Positions 1 through 9,708 of a stretch of DNA of 64,000 nt are shown here, one piece after another. Each line of letters starts with the position of its first letter. Position 1 is the stretch's first letter. Below the pieces are notes generated by a model. It saw only the letters and a program-made list of their open reading frames with translations, did no database searches and was not told the DNA's origin. The stretch is from an uncultured Acidobacteriota bacterium. GTDB taxonomy: Bacteria; Acidobacteriota; Vicinamibacteria; Vicinamibacterales; CAVVIG01. A program made the position numbers and the translations under genes. The stretch spans positions 16,778-80,777 of the forward strand of contig CAVQVI010000023.1 of NCBI GenBank assembly GCA_963717075.1. Direction: 5' to 3'.

Positions 1-346
1 TGAGGGCACCGCGAGCCTCATCGATGCGCAGGGCGATCTGAGAGCCGAAACAATCGACGTGTATCTCAAGCCCTCCGGCGACGAGATCGAGCGCGTGGAG
101 GCGCGCCGACAGGTGCAGGTGACGGTGGTAGAGAAGCGGAGAACGGCCACTGGTGACGAGCTCCATTACTTCAGTGCCGACGAGCGCTACGAAATAAAGG
201 GCAAGCCCGTCACCATTGTCGACGAGTGCGCCCGCAAGAACGAGGGCCTCACGTTGACCTTCTTCAGAGCCACCGATAGGATCATCCTCAACGGCAGCCC
301 GCAAAACGTTACACACACGAAAAGCGACGGGTCGAACTGCCGATAG
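1..346 (+). CDS. lptA: LptA/OstA-family periplasmic LPS-transport protein, C-terminal part (5' end outside window)
   Basis: The frame of ORF 59..346 stays open to the window edge. The sequence is beta-rich and OstA-like (ELHYFSADERYEIKGKPVTI, TLTFFRATDRIILNG). It sits directly upstream of lptB-rpoN, the conserved arrangement. Confidence 0.55.
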   Translation, partial: EGTASLIDAQGDLRAETIDVYLKPSGDEIERVEARRQVQVTVVEKRRTATGDELHYFSADERYEIKGKPVTIVDECARKNEGLTLTFFRATDRIILNGSPQNVTHTKSDGSNCR

Positions 347-379
347 CCCGCGGCGTCAGTCCGTCGGGCAATCCCCACC

Positions 380-1105
380 ATGGCGACACTCCGCACAATC
401 GAGCTCACGAAATCGTATGGAGGGCGAACAGTCGTTCGCGGCATCAATCTCGACGTGGCGTCCGGTGAGATCGTCGGCCTCCTCGGTGCCAACGGCGCGG
501 GGAAGACGACGATCTTCTACATGACGGTTGGTCTCACGGCGCCCGATTCGGGACGCGTGGAACTCGACGGCGTGGACGTTACTGAGGAACCGATGTACGT
601 GCGAGCCCGGAAGGGCATCGGCTACCTTCCGCAGGAGCCGTCCATCTTTCGAGGTCTCACCGTTGAGCAGAACATCCTGGCGATTCTCGAGACCTTGCCG
701 ATAGACGGGGCGACGCGGCGCGCCCGCCTTCGGGAACTGCTCGGCGAGTTGAACCTCACGCCTCTGGCCAAGTCTCCCGCCTACACGCTGTCGGGCGGGG
801 AACGCCGCCGCGCGGAAATCACGCGCGCGCTCGTGGTCTCGCCCAAGTTCGTGCTGCTCGACGAACCGTTTGCCGGCATCGACCCCATCGCCGTCAGCGA
901 TATCCAGAAGATCATCTTCCACCTTCGCGACCGCGGCATCGGGGTCCTCATTACCGACCACAACGTCCGCGAGACGCTCCGGATCACCGACCGGGCGTAT
1001 ATCGTCCACGGCGGCGTAATTTTCAGGAGCGGAACGCCTGATCTCCTCGCCGCCGACGACGAGGTCCGGCGGATTTATCTGGGGACTGAGTTCCGATTGG
1101 ATTAA
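380..1105 (+). CDS. lptB: LPS export ABC transporter ATP-binding protein LptB
   Basis: 241 aa with Walker [13 protein letters not shown] signature LSGGERRR and Walker [10 protein letters not shown]. Located between lptA and rpoN. Confidence 0.95.
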   Translation: MATLRTIELTKSYGGRTVVRGINLDVASGEIVGLLGANGAGKTTIFYMTVGLTAPDSGRVELDGVDVTEEPMYVRARKGIGYLPQEPSIFRGLTVEQNILAILETLPIDGATRRARLRELLGELNLTPLAKSPAYTLSGGERRRAEITRALVVSPKFVLLDEPFAGIDPIAVSDIQKIIFHLRDRGIGVLITDHNVRETLRITDRAYIVHGGVIFRSGTPDLLAADDEVRRIYLGTEFRLD

Positions 1106-1184
1106 AATAGGCCTGGTAATTGCATCCGCCGACACGCCGCAGAGACAACCACCGGCGTGAGTCTGGCGTTCATAGGCAACTGTT

Positions 1185-1200
1185 GTGCGCAAGTGCGCAC
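1185..1200. promoter_or_regulatory. 16-bp palindrome GTGCGCA-AG-TGCGCAC in the lptB-rpoN spacer (hairpin or operator candidate)
   Basis: Perfect 7-bp inverted arms read directly from the sequence, about 30 nt upstream of the rpoN ATG. Confidence 0.25.
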
Positions 1201-1231
1201 TGTACAAGGACTTGGCTGACACGGCGTCTCG

Positions 1232-2662
1232 ATGGGCATCCAGCAGAAACTCCACACGAAGCTCGTCCAGAAACTGATTCTGACACCGTCCCTGCAGCAG
1301 GCGATCAAGCTGCTGCCGATGTCCACGCTGGAGTTGTCGGACCTGCTGAACCAGGAGATGGTCGAAAACCCGATGCTCGAGGAGGTGCCGACCGAGGAGC
1401 TTCAGCCCGCTGAGGCCCCCGCACAGGCGGAGAAGGCCGAGCCGGAGCAGCAGGCCAACAAGACCGACACATGGGACGAACAGGACTACGAGTACTTCTT
1501 CGGCGATTACCTGGACGACGGCTATCGGCCGCGCGCGCCACAGGAGGTCAAAGAGCTCCCGCCCATCGAGAACACGCTGTCCACGTCCACGTCGCTTTCC
1601 GATCACCTCATGTGGCAGCTGTCAATGCAGACCGACGATCCGCTCATGCGCGAAATCGGCTCCGCGATCATCGGCAACCTCGACGACGATGGCTATCTCG
1701 TGGCCTCGTTCGAGGAACTGGCCAGCATGGGTCCGTGGCCGCTGCCCGAGGTCGAGCGTGCGCTTCGCCTGGTTCAGAGCTTCGATCCTACCGGGGTCGC
1801 GGCGCGTGATCTGCAAGAATGTCTGCTCCTGCAGTTGCGTCATATCGGCCTTGAAGGGACGCCGACCGAAAAGATCATCACTGACCATCTGCAGCTTCTG
1901 AAGAATCACCAGGTGCCGGAGATCGCCCGCAAGCTCGGGCTCACGATCGACGACCTCAAGGAGCACATCGAGGTCATCAAGAACCTCGATCCCAAGCCGG
2001 GAAGCCGTTACAACCCCTCACAGTCGCAGTACGTCATCCCCGACGTGTACGTGGTCAAGGTGGAGGATCAGTACGTGGCCGTCCTGAACGAGGACGGGCT
2101 GCCGCAGATGCGCATCAGCCCGGTCTATCGCCGGCTGCTCGACAAAAGCGCGACCGACAACAACGACGAGACTCGCGCCTACGTCAAAGACAAGTTCCGG
2201 TCCGCACTCTGGCTCATCAAGTCGGTCGAGCAGCGTCAGAAGACGATCCACAAGGTCGCCAACAGCATCATCAATTTTCAACGAGATTTCCTGGATCACG
2301 GGATCGAGCACCTGCGGCCGCTGGTCCTGCGCGACGTGGCCAACGACATCGGCATGCACGAATCGACCGTGAGCCGCGTCGTCACGAACAAGTACATGCA
2401 CACGCCGCAAGGCGTGTTTGAAATGAAGTACTTCTTCCATAGCGGCATCAGCAGCTCGTACGGCGAGAGTGTGTCGTCGGTCACGATCAAGCAGCGAATT
2501 CGCAAGATCATCGAGAACGAAGATCCCCGCAAGCCGCTCAGCGACTCGAAGATCGTCAGCATCCTGCAGCGGGAGGGGCTCGTGCTCGCCCGACGCACCA
2601 TTGCCAAGTATCGCGAGGAACTCAAGATTCCGACGTCGAATCAGCGGAAGGTGCTCTATTGA
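1232..2662 (+). CDS. rpoN: RNA polymerase sigma-54 factor
   Basis: 476 aa. N-terminal region I (LKLILTPSLQQAIKLLPMSTLEL), an acidic linker, a C-terminal HTH and the RpoN box (ARRTIAKYREEL). Confidence 0.95.
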   Translation: MGIQQKLHTKLVQKLILTPSLQQAIKLLPMSTLELSDLLNQEMVENPMLEEVPTEELQPAEAPAQAEKAEPEQQANKTDTWDEQDYEYFFGDYLDDGYRPRAPQEVKELPPIENTLSTSTSLSDHLMWQLSMQTDDPLMREIGSAIIGNLDDDGYLVASFEELASMGPWPLPEVERALRLVQSFDPTGVAARDLQECLLLQLRHIGLEGTPTEKIITDHLQLLKNHQVPEIARKLGLTIDDLKEHIEVIKNLDPKPGSRYNPSQSQYVIPDVYVVKVEDQYVAVLNEDGLPQMRISPVYRRLLDKSATDNNDETRAYVKDKFRSALWLIKSVEQRQKTIHKVANSIINFQRDFLDHGIEHLRPLVLRDVANDIGMHESTVSRVVTNKYMHTPQGVFEMKYFFHSGISSSYGESVSSVTIKQRIRKIIENEDPRKPLSDSKIVSILQREGLVLARRTIAKYREELKIPTSNQRKVLY

Positions 2663-2731
2663 GCGTGCGGCCTGTGGCGCACAGTCTGAAGTCGATTGCC
2701 GAAAGCTGAGTGCTAAACCCTGAGCGGATTC

Positions 2732-3766
2732 GTGCCCCCAGTCCGTGGAATCGCCGTCGGTACGCTGCTGAACAGCCGGCCTGATGCCTTCGGGCTGGTG
2801 CTCGAGGTCCTGACCGGCGCCGCCGGCCTCGAACGCCGTATCACCAGCCCGCACGTCCAGAAGACCGGGCTCGCCCTTGCTGGATTTCACGAGTATCTCA
2901 AACCCGGACGCGTGCTGATCCTCGGTGAAAGCGAGGTCCGCTACCTGGAGGGCCTCGATCCGCTCGCGCGCTCCGATGCCCTCCGACTGGCGTTCACCAC
3001 GGATCTGCCCTGCGTGCTCGTGACGTGTGGGTTTCCGCCACCCCGGGAACTCGTGATCGAGGCCGGCCTCGCGGGGCTTCCGGTGCTCCAGACCAGCGTC
3101 CCGACTCCGACGGCGATCGCCAAGCTCAATTCGATCCTGGAGGACGGGCTGGCCGAACGGGCCGTCATCCACGGTGTGCTGATGGACGTGCTCGGGCTCG
3201 GCATTCTGATCACAGGTGAGAGCGGCATCGGCAAGAGCGAGTGCGCGCTCGATCTCATCGTCCGCGGTCATCGCCTCGTGGCCGACGACACGGTCGAAGT
3301 GCGGCGCCGCTCGGAAACGATCCTCATCGGTGCGTGCCCGGAGCTGACGCGCCATCACATGGAGCTGCGCGGGCTCGGGGTGATCAACGTGAAAGAGTTG
3401 TTCGGGATCGCCTCCACGCGGTCGTCGAAGCGCGTGGAGCTCGTCGTGCAACTCGAGCGTTGGGATCCCGGCCGCGAGTACGAGCGACTCGGCTTGGATG
3501 ATTCGTTCCATGACATTCTGGGTCTCCGCGTGCCGCTCATCAGCATGCCGGTTGCGCCGGGACGCAACATCGCCATCCTCATTGAGGTTGCGGCTCGCAA
3601 TCAGATCCTGCGCAGCCGCGGCCATCATGCAGCCCGTGCGCTCGCCGAGCGTCTCGAGGACACACTCCGCGCGGCGGGCGGTACGAAGGCCAGCCCCGGC
3701 GGGCCCATGAGCCTCGGGGCGCATGAGGACGACGAGGAGGAGATCGAGTCCGGAGGAGGGCGGTGA
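2732..3766 (+). CDS. hprK: HPr kinase/phosphorylase
   Basis: P-loop GESGIGKSECALDLI followed by GHRLVADD and INVKELFG. GTG start. 4-nt overlap with rapZ. Confidence 0.9.
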   Translation: MPPVRGIAVGTLLNSRPDAFGLVLEVLTGAAGLERRITSPHVQKTGLALAGFHEYLKPGRVLILGESEVRYLEGLDPLARSDALRLAFTTDLPCVLVTCGFPPPRELVIEAGLAGLPVLQTSVPTPTAIAKLNSILEDGLAERAVIHGVLMDVLGLGILITGESGIGKSECALDLIVRGHRLVADDTVEVRRRSETILIGACPELTRHHMELRGLGVINVKELFGIASTRSSKRVELVVQLERWDPGREYERLGLDDSFHDILGLRVPLISMPVAPGRNIAILIEVAARNQILRSRGHHAARALAERLEDTLRAAGGTKASPGGPMSLGAHEDDEEEIESGGGR

Positions 3767-4680
3767 CCCGCAACAAGACGGAAAAAGGGAGGCGAACGAC
3801 GGAAGAGGGGCGGAATCAGAAAGGGTTTCCGTTCATCGTGCTGACGGGGCTCTCCGGGGCGGGGAAGTCGCACGCGATTCGTGCACTCGAGGACCTGGGC
3901 TACTTCTGCGTGGACAATCTGCCCACCACCCTCATGCCGACCATGGCGAAGCTTTCGGTCGGGGGCGATATCGAGAAGGTTGCCATCGTGGTCGATGTTC
4001 GAGAGCGGAACTTTCTGTCGTCATTCGCCAGGGTCTTCAGGGGGCTTCGGCGGATGCGCAGCCTCAATCCGATGCTGATCTTCCTCGATGCCAGCAACAG
4101 CGCATTGTTGCGCCGGTTCAGCGAGACTCGGCGGCCGCATCCGATGGCGCCGGATCGATCACCGAGCGAGGGCATTCGCGCCGAACGGACTCACATGGCG
4201 GCAATCCGGGCCATGGCCGACGAGATCATCGATACGTCGGACATGACGGTCCACGAACTGCGGCAGTTCTTCATGGGCCTGTCGAGGGATCGGTCGCGAT
4301 CCGGGCTGGTCGTGACGATCCTGAGTTTCGGATTCAAGTACGGCCTGCCTGTCGACGCGGACCTGGTCTTTGACGTGCGGTGTTTACCCAATCCGCATTT
4401 CGTGCGGGCGCTGCGTCCTCGGACGGGGCGCGATCGGGCCGTGGCGGCGTTCATGGACCGCGAGCCGTCAACTCGCGAGTTCATCCGGCGGCTCGAGGAG
4501 TATGTCAAGTACGTGCTGCCGTTCTATGTGGCCGAAGGGAAGAGCTACCTCACGCTGGCCATCGGCTGTACCGGTGGGCGGCACCGGTCGGTCATGATCG
4601 CGGAGCGGCTTCGCCGTACACTTGCCGCCGCGGATGTCACGCGCGTCCGCGTCCGGCACCGGGACATCGCCCATGTCTAA
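3763..4680 (+). CDS. rapZ: RNase adapter / nucleotide-binding protein RapZ (YhbJ)
   Basis: Walker A LTGLSGAGKS, YFCVDNLP, and the C-terminal GCTGGRHRSV motif typical of RapZ. Confidence 0.9.
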   Translation: MTRNKTEKGRRTTEEGRNQKGFPFIVLTGLSGAGKSHAIRALEDLGYFCVDNLPTTLMPTMAKLSVGGDIEKVAIVVDVRERNFLSSFARVFRGLRRMRSLNPMLIFLDASNSALLRRFSETRRPHPMAPDRSPSEGIRAERTHMAAIRAMADEIIDTSDMTVHELRQFFMGLSRDRSRSGLVVTILSFGFKYGLPVDADLVFDVRCLPNPHFVRALRPRTGRDRAVAAFMDREPSTREFIRRLEEYVKYVLPFYVAEGKSYLTLAIGCTGGRHRSVMIAERLRRTLAAADVTRVRVRHRDIAHV

Positions 4681-4731
4681 CCGCCGGGCGGCAACCAGTG
4701 CGCGCCTGGATCGGAGGGGGAGAGCGCAGCC

Positions 4732-5139
<408 letters not shown>

Positions 5140-5164
5140 GTTCCGCACCTCATGAACCCTTGAA

Positions 5165-5443
5165 ATGACCGCCAGAAACGTGACTGTTGTGAATCAACTG
5201 GGTATACACGCGCGCGCGGCCGCAAAGTTCGTGCACCTTGCCACGCGGTTCGAATCGCGGGTCCGCGTGGGCCGCCACGGGAGGGAAATGGACGGCAAGA
5301 GCATCATGGGGATCTTGCTCCTGGCGGCGGCGCGAGGTTCGATCATCACGATCACCGCGGATGGTGCAGATGAACAGGCGGCGATCGAAGCGCTGGCCGC
5401 GTTGGTTGAGGCCGGCTTTGGCGAGGACGCATGCAGCGCCTAG
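5165..5443 (+). CDS. ptsH: Phosphocarrier protein HPr
   Basis: 92 aa. His15 context NQLGIHARAA and Ser46 context GKSIMGI are both present. Confidence 0.9.
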   Translation: MTARNVTVVNQLGIHARAAAKFVHLATRFESRVRVGRHGREMDGKSIMGILLLAAARGSIITITADGADEQAAIEALAALVEAGFGEDACSA

Positions 5444-7204
5444 CAGGTATTGGTGTATCTCCCGGCGTCCGTCTGCGGCAAGGCGGTCATCTTGATTCAG
5501 CGGGCTCAGGTGCTTCGCTATCATGTGGCTCCGGAGCGCTTGTCGCACGAGATCGATCGACTTGAGCGGAGCCGCCTGAAATCGCGGGAGCAATTGATCG
5601 GCATCCGTGCGCGTGTCGAATGCCGGCGAGGACGCGAGATTGCGTCGCTCTTCGACGCCCAGCTGCTGATGCTCGACGATCCGATGCTCCTGCCTCGAGC
5701 CTCCGACCTGATGCGCGCCGAGGCGATCAACGCGGAGTGGGCGATTCAGCAGGTCTTCGAGGAATTCTGCAGCGTGTTCGACGAGGTAGCCGATCCCTAC
5801 CTGCGGGAGCGAAAGGGGGATGTCGCCGACCTCGTGGGACGGCTCCGCATGAACCTTCGCCAGGGTGCGTCCGCGCCCCGCGACCTGCTGGGCGAATTGG
5901 CAGAGTCGTCGATTCTGATTGCCGACGAGCTCACGCCATCGCTGGCCGCCCAGGTGGACTGGACGAAGGTCCGCGGGTTCGCGACCGACGCGGGCAGCCG
6001 GACCTACCACACCGCGATTCTCGCCAGATCGCTCGACGTGCCCGCCGTGGTCGGGTTGCACGATGCCAGCCGCCTCGCGCGGCCTGGACAGCTGGTCGTC
6101 ATCGACGGCGCGGCGAATGAGATCATCCTGGATCCTGATGACGAGGTCATCGCACGCGTTGCCCGAAGCACCGAAGACCAGCGTCCGGCCAGAGGAACGG
6201 ACGCGGGACGGCAGCGGCCGGCCGCCACAGCCGATGGGGTCCAGATTTGCCTGGAAGCCAACATCGAGTTTCCGGATGATCTCGCGTCAGCTCGCTACGC
6301 TGGCGCCGAAGGAATCGGGCTCTATCGCTCCGAGTTCCTCCTGGCGTCAGGGTCGGACGCTGGTCTGTGCGAAGACCGGCAGTACGAGATCTACCGCGGC
6401 ATGCTCGAGGGGATGGCGCCCCGACCGGTCACTGTTCGAACGTTCGATGTGGACGAAGACCAGATGACGATGCGTTCGGCGGCGTCCGTGCTTGGAGGCG
6501 GCTGGGCCACTGGAGAAGAACGGACGGGCCGGCAGGGCCTTCGCGGACTCCGCCTCAGCCTGACGCGCCCGGAGCTCTTTCAGACTCAGCTGCGCGCGCT
6601 GCTGCGCGCAGCACGTCACGGCAGACTCAGAATCATGTTTCCGTTCGTGTCCGGCGTCGCTCAGGTGCGTGAGGCACGGCGGATGATTGCCGCGGCCTCC
6701 GCCGATCTCGAGCGCCGGGGTGAACAGGTGCCGTCTGTGCCGATTGGCGTCATGATTGAGATTCCCGCGGCCGCATACACGGCGGATCTGCTCGCGCGTG
6801 AGGTGGACTTCTTCACCATCGGGACGAACGATCTGATCCAGTACTGCCTTGCAGTGGATCGCGCGGATGAACGCGTTTCTCACTTGTACGAGCCGCTGCA
6901 TCCGGCTATGCTCAGGGTCATCGCGATGGTCCGTCGGGCCGCCGCACGACGGGGTATTCCTGTGTCGCTCTGTGGGGAGATGGCGTCCGACCCGGCGCTC
7001 TTGACGCTGCTTGTGGGACTCGGACTGCGAGAGTTCAGCATGACGCCCGGAGCGATCGGCGTCGCCAAGCAGGTGCTTTCGGAGGTGCGTACCGACAGCC
7101 TCCGCATGCTCGCGCGGCGGATCTTGAGACTGCCGACGGTCGAGGAGATGGAGCGGGAGCTGCTGGCCTCAGTCGGCCGGATCTCGGTCGGGCAGCACAA
7201 CTAG
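5431..7204 (+). CDS. ptsI: Phosphoenolpyruvate-protein phosphotransferase (Enzyme I), with an apparent 1-nt frameshift near 5465-5470
   Basis: ORF 5450..7204 carries the phospho-His region SRTYHTAILARS, IGTNDLIQY and CGEMA. The hallmark EI N-terminus MQRLAGIGVSPGV is encoded from ATG 5431 in a different frame, overlapping the ptsH stop. The gene as given is therefore frame-broken about 12 codons in. Confidence 0.85.
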
Positions 7205-7211
7205 CGTAGGG

Positions 7212-7586
7212 ATGGAGAGTTCTGTGGACACCGAGATGACGCGCGTGGAGAAGCCGTGGGGCTACGAATTGCACTGGGCGAAGACCGATCGTTACGTCGG
7301 GAAGATCATTCACGTGAACGCAGGCCACGCGCTGAGCCTTCAGTATCACAACATCAAGGACGAAACGATTCTGCTGTACTCAGGCAGGCTCCTCTTCGAG
7401 ATTCAAGAAGGCGACTCGCTCATGAAGCGTGAAATGAAGCCAGGCGAGCGGGTGCACATTACGCCGAAGACGATCCACCGCATGACCGCCATCGAAGACA
7501 GCGATATTTTCGAAGTCTCGACGCCGGAACTGCACGACGTGGTGAGGCTCGACGACAGATACGGGAGGGCGGATAGAAAGAGCTGA
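7212..7586 (+). CDS. Cupin-domain protein (mannose-6-phosphate isomerase type II C-terminal-like)
   Basis: 124 aa. Cupin motifs GHALSLQYHNIKDET and VHITPKTIHRM. Confidence 0.6.
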   Translation: MESSVDTEMTRVEKPWGYELHWAKTDRYVGKIIHVNAGHALSLQYHNIKDETILLYSGRLLFEIQEGDSLMKREMKPGERVHITPKTIHRMTAIEDSDIFEVSTPELHDVVRLDDRYGRADRKS

Positions 7587-7588
7587 GG

Positions 7589-7636
7589 GATTGCAGGACT
7601 TTCGGACAATCCTACAATCCTGCGATCCTGCAATTT
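7589..7636. terminator. Candidate bidirectional hairpin between the convergent cupin gene and ssb
   Basis: ATTGCAGGA (7592-7600) is complementary to TCCTGCAAT (about 7626-7634). A repeated aatcctNcNatcc motif lies in the loop, and a short T run follows. Confidence 0.3.
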
Positions 7637-7641
7637 CAAGA

Positions 7642-8085
7642 TCAGAACGGAATGTCGTCGTCGTTCAACGGCTCTGAGGGTTCCGGTGGGCTGGAGTGCC
7701 CACCGCCCATGGGTTCGCCGCCGCCACTCCGGTCCATTGACGCGCCGCGCCCACCTCCACCGCCCAGCAGGACGACCCGGTCGCCGCGAATTTCCGTGGT
7801 GTAGCGCTTATTCCCGTCCTTGTCGTCCCATTGGCGCGTCTGTAAACGTCCTTCGACGTAAATCTGCTTGCCCTTGGTGAGGTACTCCGTGAGGGATTCC
7901 GCAGATTTCCCCCAGAGCACCACACGGTGCCACTCGGTCTTTTCCTGCTTCTGACCGGCTTTGTCGTTCCAGACTTCCGTGGTGGCCATGTTAATCGTGG
8001 CAACAGCTGCACCGCCGGGTGTGTACCGCAATTCGGCATCCCGCCCGAGATTACCGACCAGAATCACCTTGTTCACGCTTCCCAT
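7642..8085 (-). CDS. ssb: Single-stranded DNA-binding protein
   Basis: 147 aa. OB-fold N-terminus ([19 protein letters not shown]), a Gly-rich linker and the acidic tail DDDIPF. Confidence 0.95.
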   Translation of the reverse strand: MGSVNKVILVGNLGRDAELRYTPGGAAVATINMATTEVWNDKAGQKQEKTEWHRVVLWGKSAESLTEYLTKGKQIYVEGRLQTRQWDDKDGNKRYTTEIRGDRVVLLGGGGGRGASMDRSGGGEPMGGGHSSPPEPSEPLNDDDIPF

Positions 8086-8112
8086 AGTGTCCGCATTCTA
8101 CATCGTCCGCAG

Positions 8113-9024
8113 TCAGGGTTTCCGAGCGAGCTGCGGCGATGCGAGCTGCGTGGCTGCGAGGCTGGCTTCCTGGCTGTTTGGAAATGTCTTCACGACATAC
8201 TCGAACGCCGTGCGCGCGTCATCGATGCGCGCCATGTTCTTGAAGGCCTGCCCCTTTCGATAGTACGCCTCGGCCAGTCTATTGCTGGTGGGATAGTTTC
8301 TGATGGCGACGTCGCATGCCTCGATGACTTTGGCATTGTTGCCCATCTGCAGATACGTGCTGCAGATGTACACCTGGGCATCGTCGGCCATCTCCGCGTT
8401 GGGGAAGCTCTTGATGTACGCCTCGAAGCCCTGAATCGCGAAATCATACTGGCCGGCCGTGTAGTCGCTGTACGCCTGGTCCCAGGCAGCTTTCGGTGAC
8501 ATGCCGATGCTGGTGGCCACCGGCTGAGCGGTCAGCGCGCCGTCGGGCGGGCCGAGGATAGGATCGACCGCGGATCGCCCCGCATTGATCTGAGTGACGA
8601 GCTGGCGCATCGCCGTGACTTCCTGCGTGAGCGATCCGATGCGCACGTTGTTCTCGTCTATCTTTTCGCGCAGGACGACCACATCGCGTGTCATCGCATC
8701 GATACTGACTTTCTGATTGGCGAAGCCCCGGGTCGTGCTGTTGTTCTGCTCCTCGAGCTTCGCATCGACGCGCGCGTTGACCGTCTTCGTGGCAGCATCG
8801 AGCGCGTCGCCCATGGCCTTGCTCATCGCGGCGATGAGGTTTTGCAGCTGCTGTAGCTGTTCCTGCAGCATGCGGATGTCGGCCATCATCTGACGCATTT
8901 CCTTGTCGGCCGCCAGCACGGTCCGCGTGCCGGGCCCGGGAATCATGACGAGCCCGGCTACGAGCGCGATGCTGAGCCACGCGGAGATCTTGATCGCGAA
9001 CACTCTGTGTTTCATGACAGTCAC
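8113..9024 (-). CDS. cpoB: Tol-Pal system protein CpoB/YbgF (coiled coil plus TPR)
   Basis: Signal anchor, a long coiled-coil segment and C-terminal TPR repeats (AEAYYRKGQAF). Last gene of the tol-pal cluster. Confidence 0.75.
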   Translation of the reverse strand: MTVMKHRVFAIKISAWLSIALVAGLVMIPGPGTRTVLAADKEMRQMMADIRMLQEQLQQLQNLIAAMSKAMGDALDAATKTVNARVDAKLEEQNNSTTRGFANQKVSIDAMTRDVVVLREKIDENNVRIGSLTQEVTAMRQLVTQINAGRSAVDPILGPPDGALTAQPVATSIGMSPKAAWDQAYSDYTAGQYDFAIQGFEAYIKSFPNAEMADDAQVYICSTYLQMGNNAKVIEACDVAIRNYPTSNRLAEAYYRKGQAFKNMARIDDARTAFEYVVKTFPNSQEASLAATQLASPQLARKP

Positions 9025-9632
9025 TTTGCCGTGATGACGAAGTGGGCGCGCCGGTTCTTTGCGTGCGATGCCTCTTCGTGTCCCGGATCGAACGGAAACT
9101 CCTTGCCGTAGGTGACCGTGCGCAGTCGATCCGCTGAGATACTCAGAGAAATCAAATAGGCACGAGCCGCAACCGCGCGCCGTTCGCCCAACGCCAGATT
9201 GTACTCGGCAGTTCCCCGTTCGTCGCAGTGCCCTTCAATGGTAACGGCCCAGGTTGGGTTGCGCTTCAGCAACGCGCCGTTCTCGTCGAGAGCCATCTGC
9301 CCATCAGGCGTGATTTCGCTGCTGTCGTACTCGAAGAAGACCGGTTTCAGCGGTGAGCTGCGATTCAAGTCGTCCAGCGAAGCCGACGAGATGGTCTCTT
9401 CCCGCAGGGGCTCAGGTGGCACTGGGAGCGGCTCGGCTGCCGGCTTGGGCGGGGCAGGTGGACGCGGAAAGGGTGTCGCCGGCGCCGCCGCAATCCGCGG
9501 GGGCGCTTGAGCACCACCCTCCGGCGGCAGCGGCCGCGCAACCGGTGCCTGCTTGCCCCCGCACGCGACAGCGGCCAATGTTCCCAGCATCGCGAGCAGG
9601 ACTGCGGCCCTCGAAACCGCGGATTCAATCAT
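9021..9632 (-). CDS. pal: Peptidoglycan-associated lipoprotein Pal (OmpA family)
   Basis: Lipobox LAAVAC after the internal Met (MIESAVSRAAVLLAML), a Pro-rich linker and an OmpA-like domain (TIEGHCDERGTAEYNLALGERRA). The track ORF starts upstream at 9689. Confidence 0.85.
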   Translation of the reverse strand: MIESAVSRAAVLLAMLGTLAAVACGGKQAPVARPLPPEGGAQAPPRIAAAPATPFPRPPAPPKPAAEPLPVPPEPLREETISSASLDDLNRSSPLKPVFFEYDSSEITPDGQMALDENGALLKRNPTWAVTIEGHCDERGTAEYNLALGERRAVAARAYLISLSISADRLRTVTYGKEFPFDPGHEEASHAKNRRAHFVITAK

Positions 9633-9708
9633 GTGCACTCCATCATCGGTCCGGCCGAGCCAGACGTGTTCTCTTTTCCCAATCCCCAATCCCCAGTCTT
9701 CCTAGTCC

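Noticed and set aside
356-3724. Long antisense ORFs opposite lptB/rpoN/hprK (356..1606, 416 aa; 2018..3724, 568 aa). Similar ones lie opposite other genes: 21148..22677, 23091..24701, 27680..28648, 36131..37627, 40000-41700 plus strand, 52646..54001, 54195..55265, 55968..56834 and 57975..59891
   Set aside because: These are typical shadow ORFs of a high-GC genome. They are Arg/Ala/Gly/Pro-rich, have no recognisable motifs, and each lies opposite a gene with unambiguous family signatures.
7300-7322. parS-like sequence ATTCACGTGAAC inside the cupin gene, the half-site-like ATTTCACACGT at about 16941-16951 upstream of parA, and ACACGCGTGT in module B
   Set aside because: Only about 11 of 16 positions match the TGTTTCACGTGAAACA consensus at 7300-7322, and the others match even less. 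I found no convincing parS in the window.
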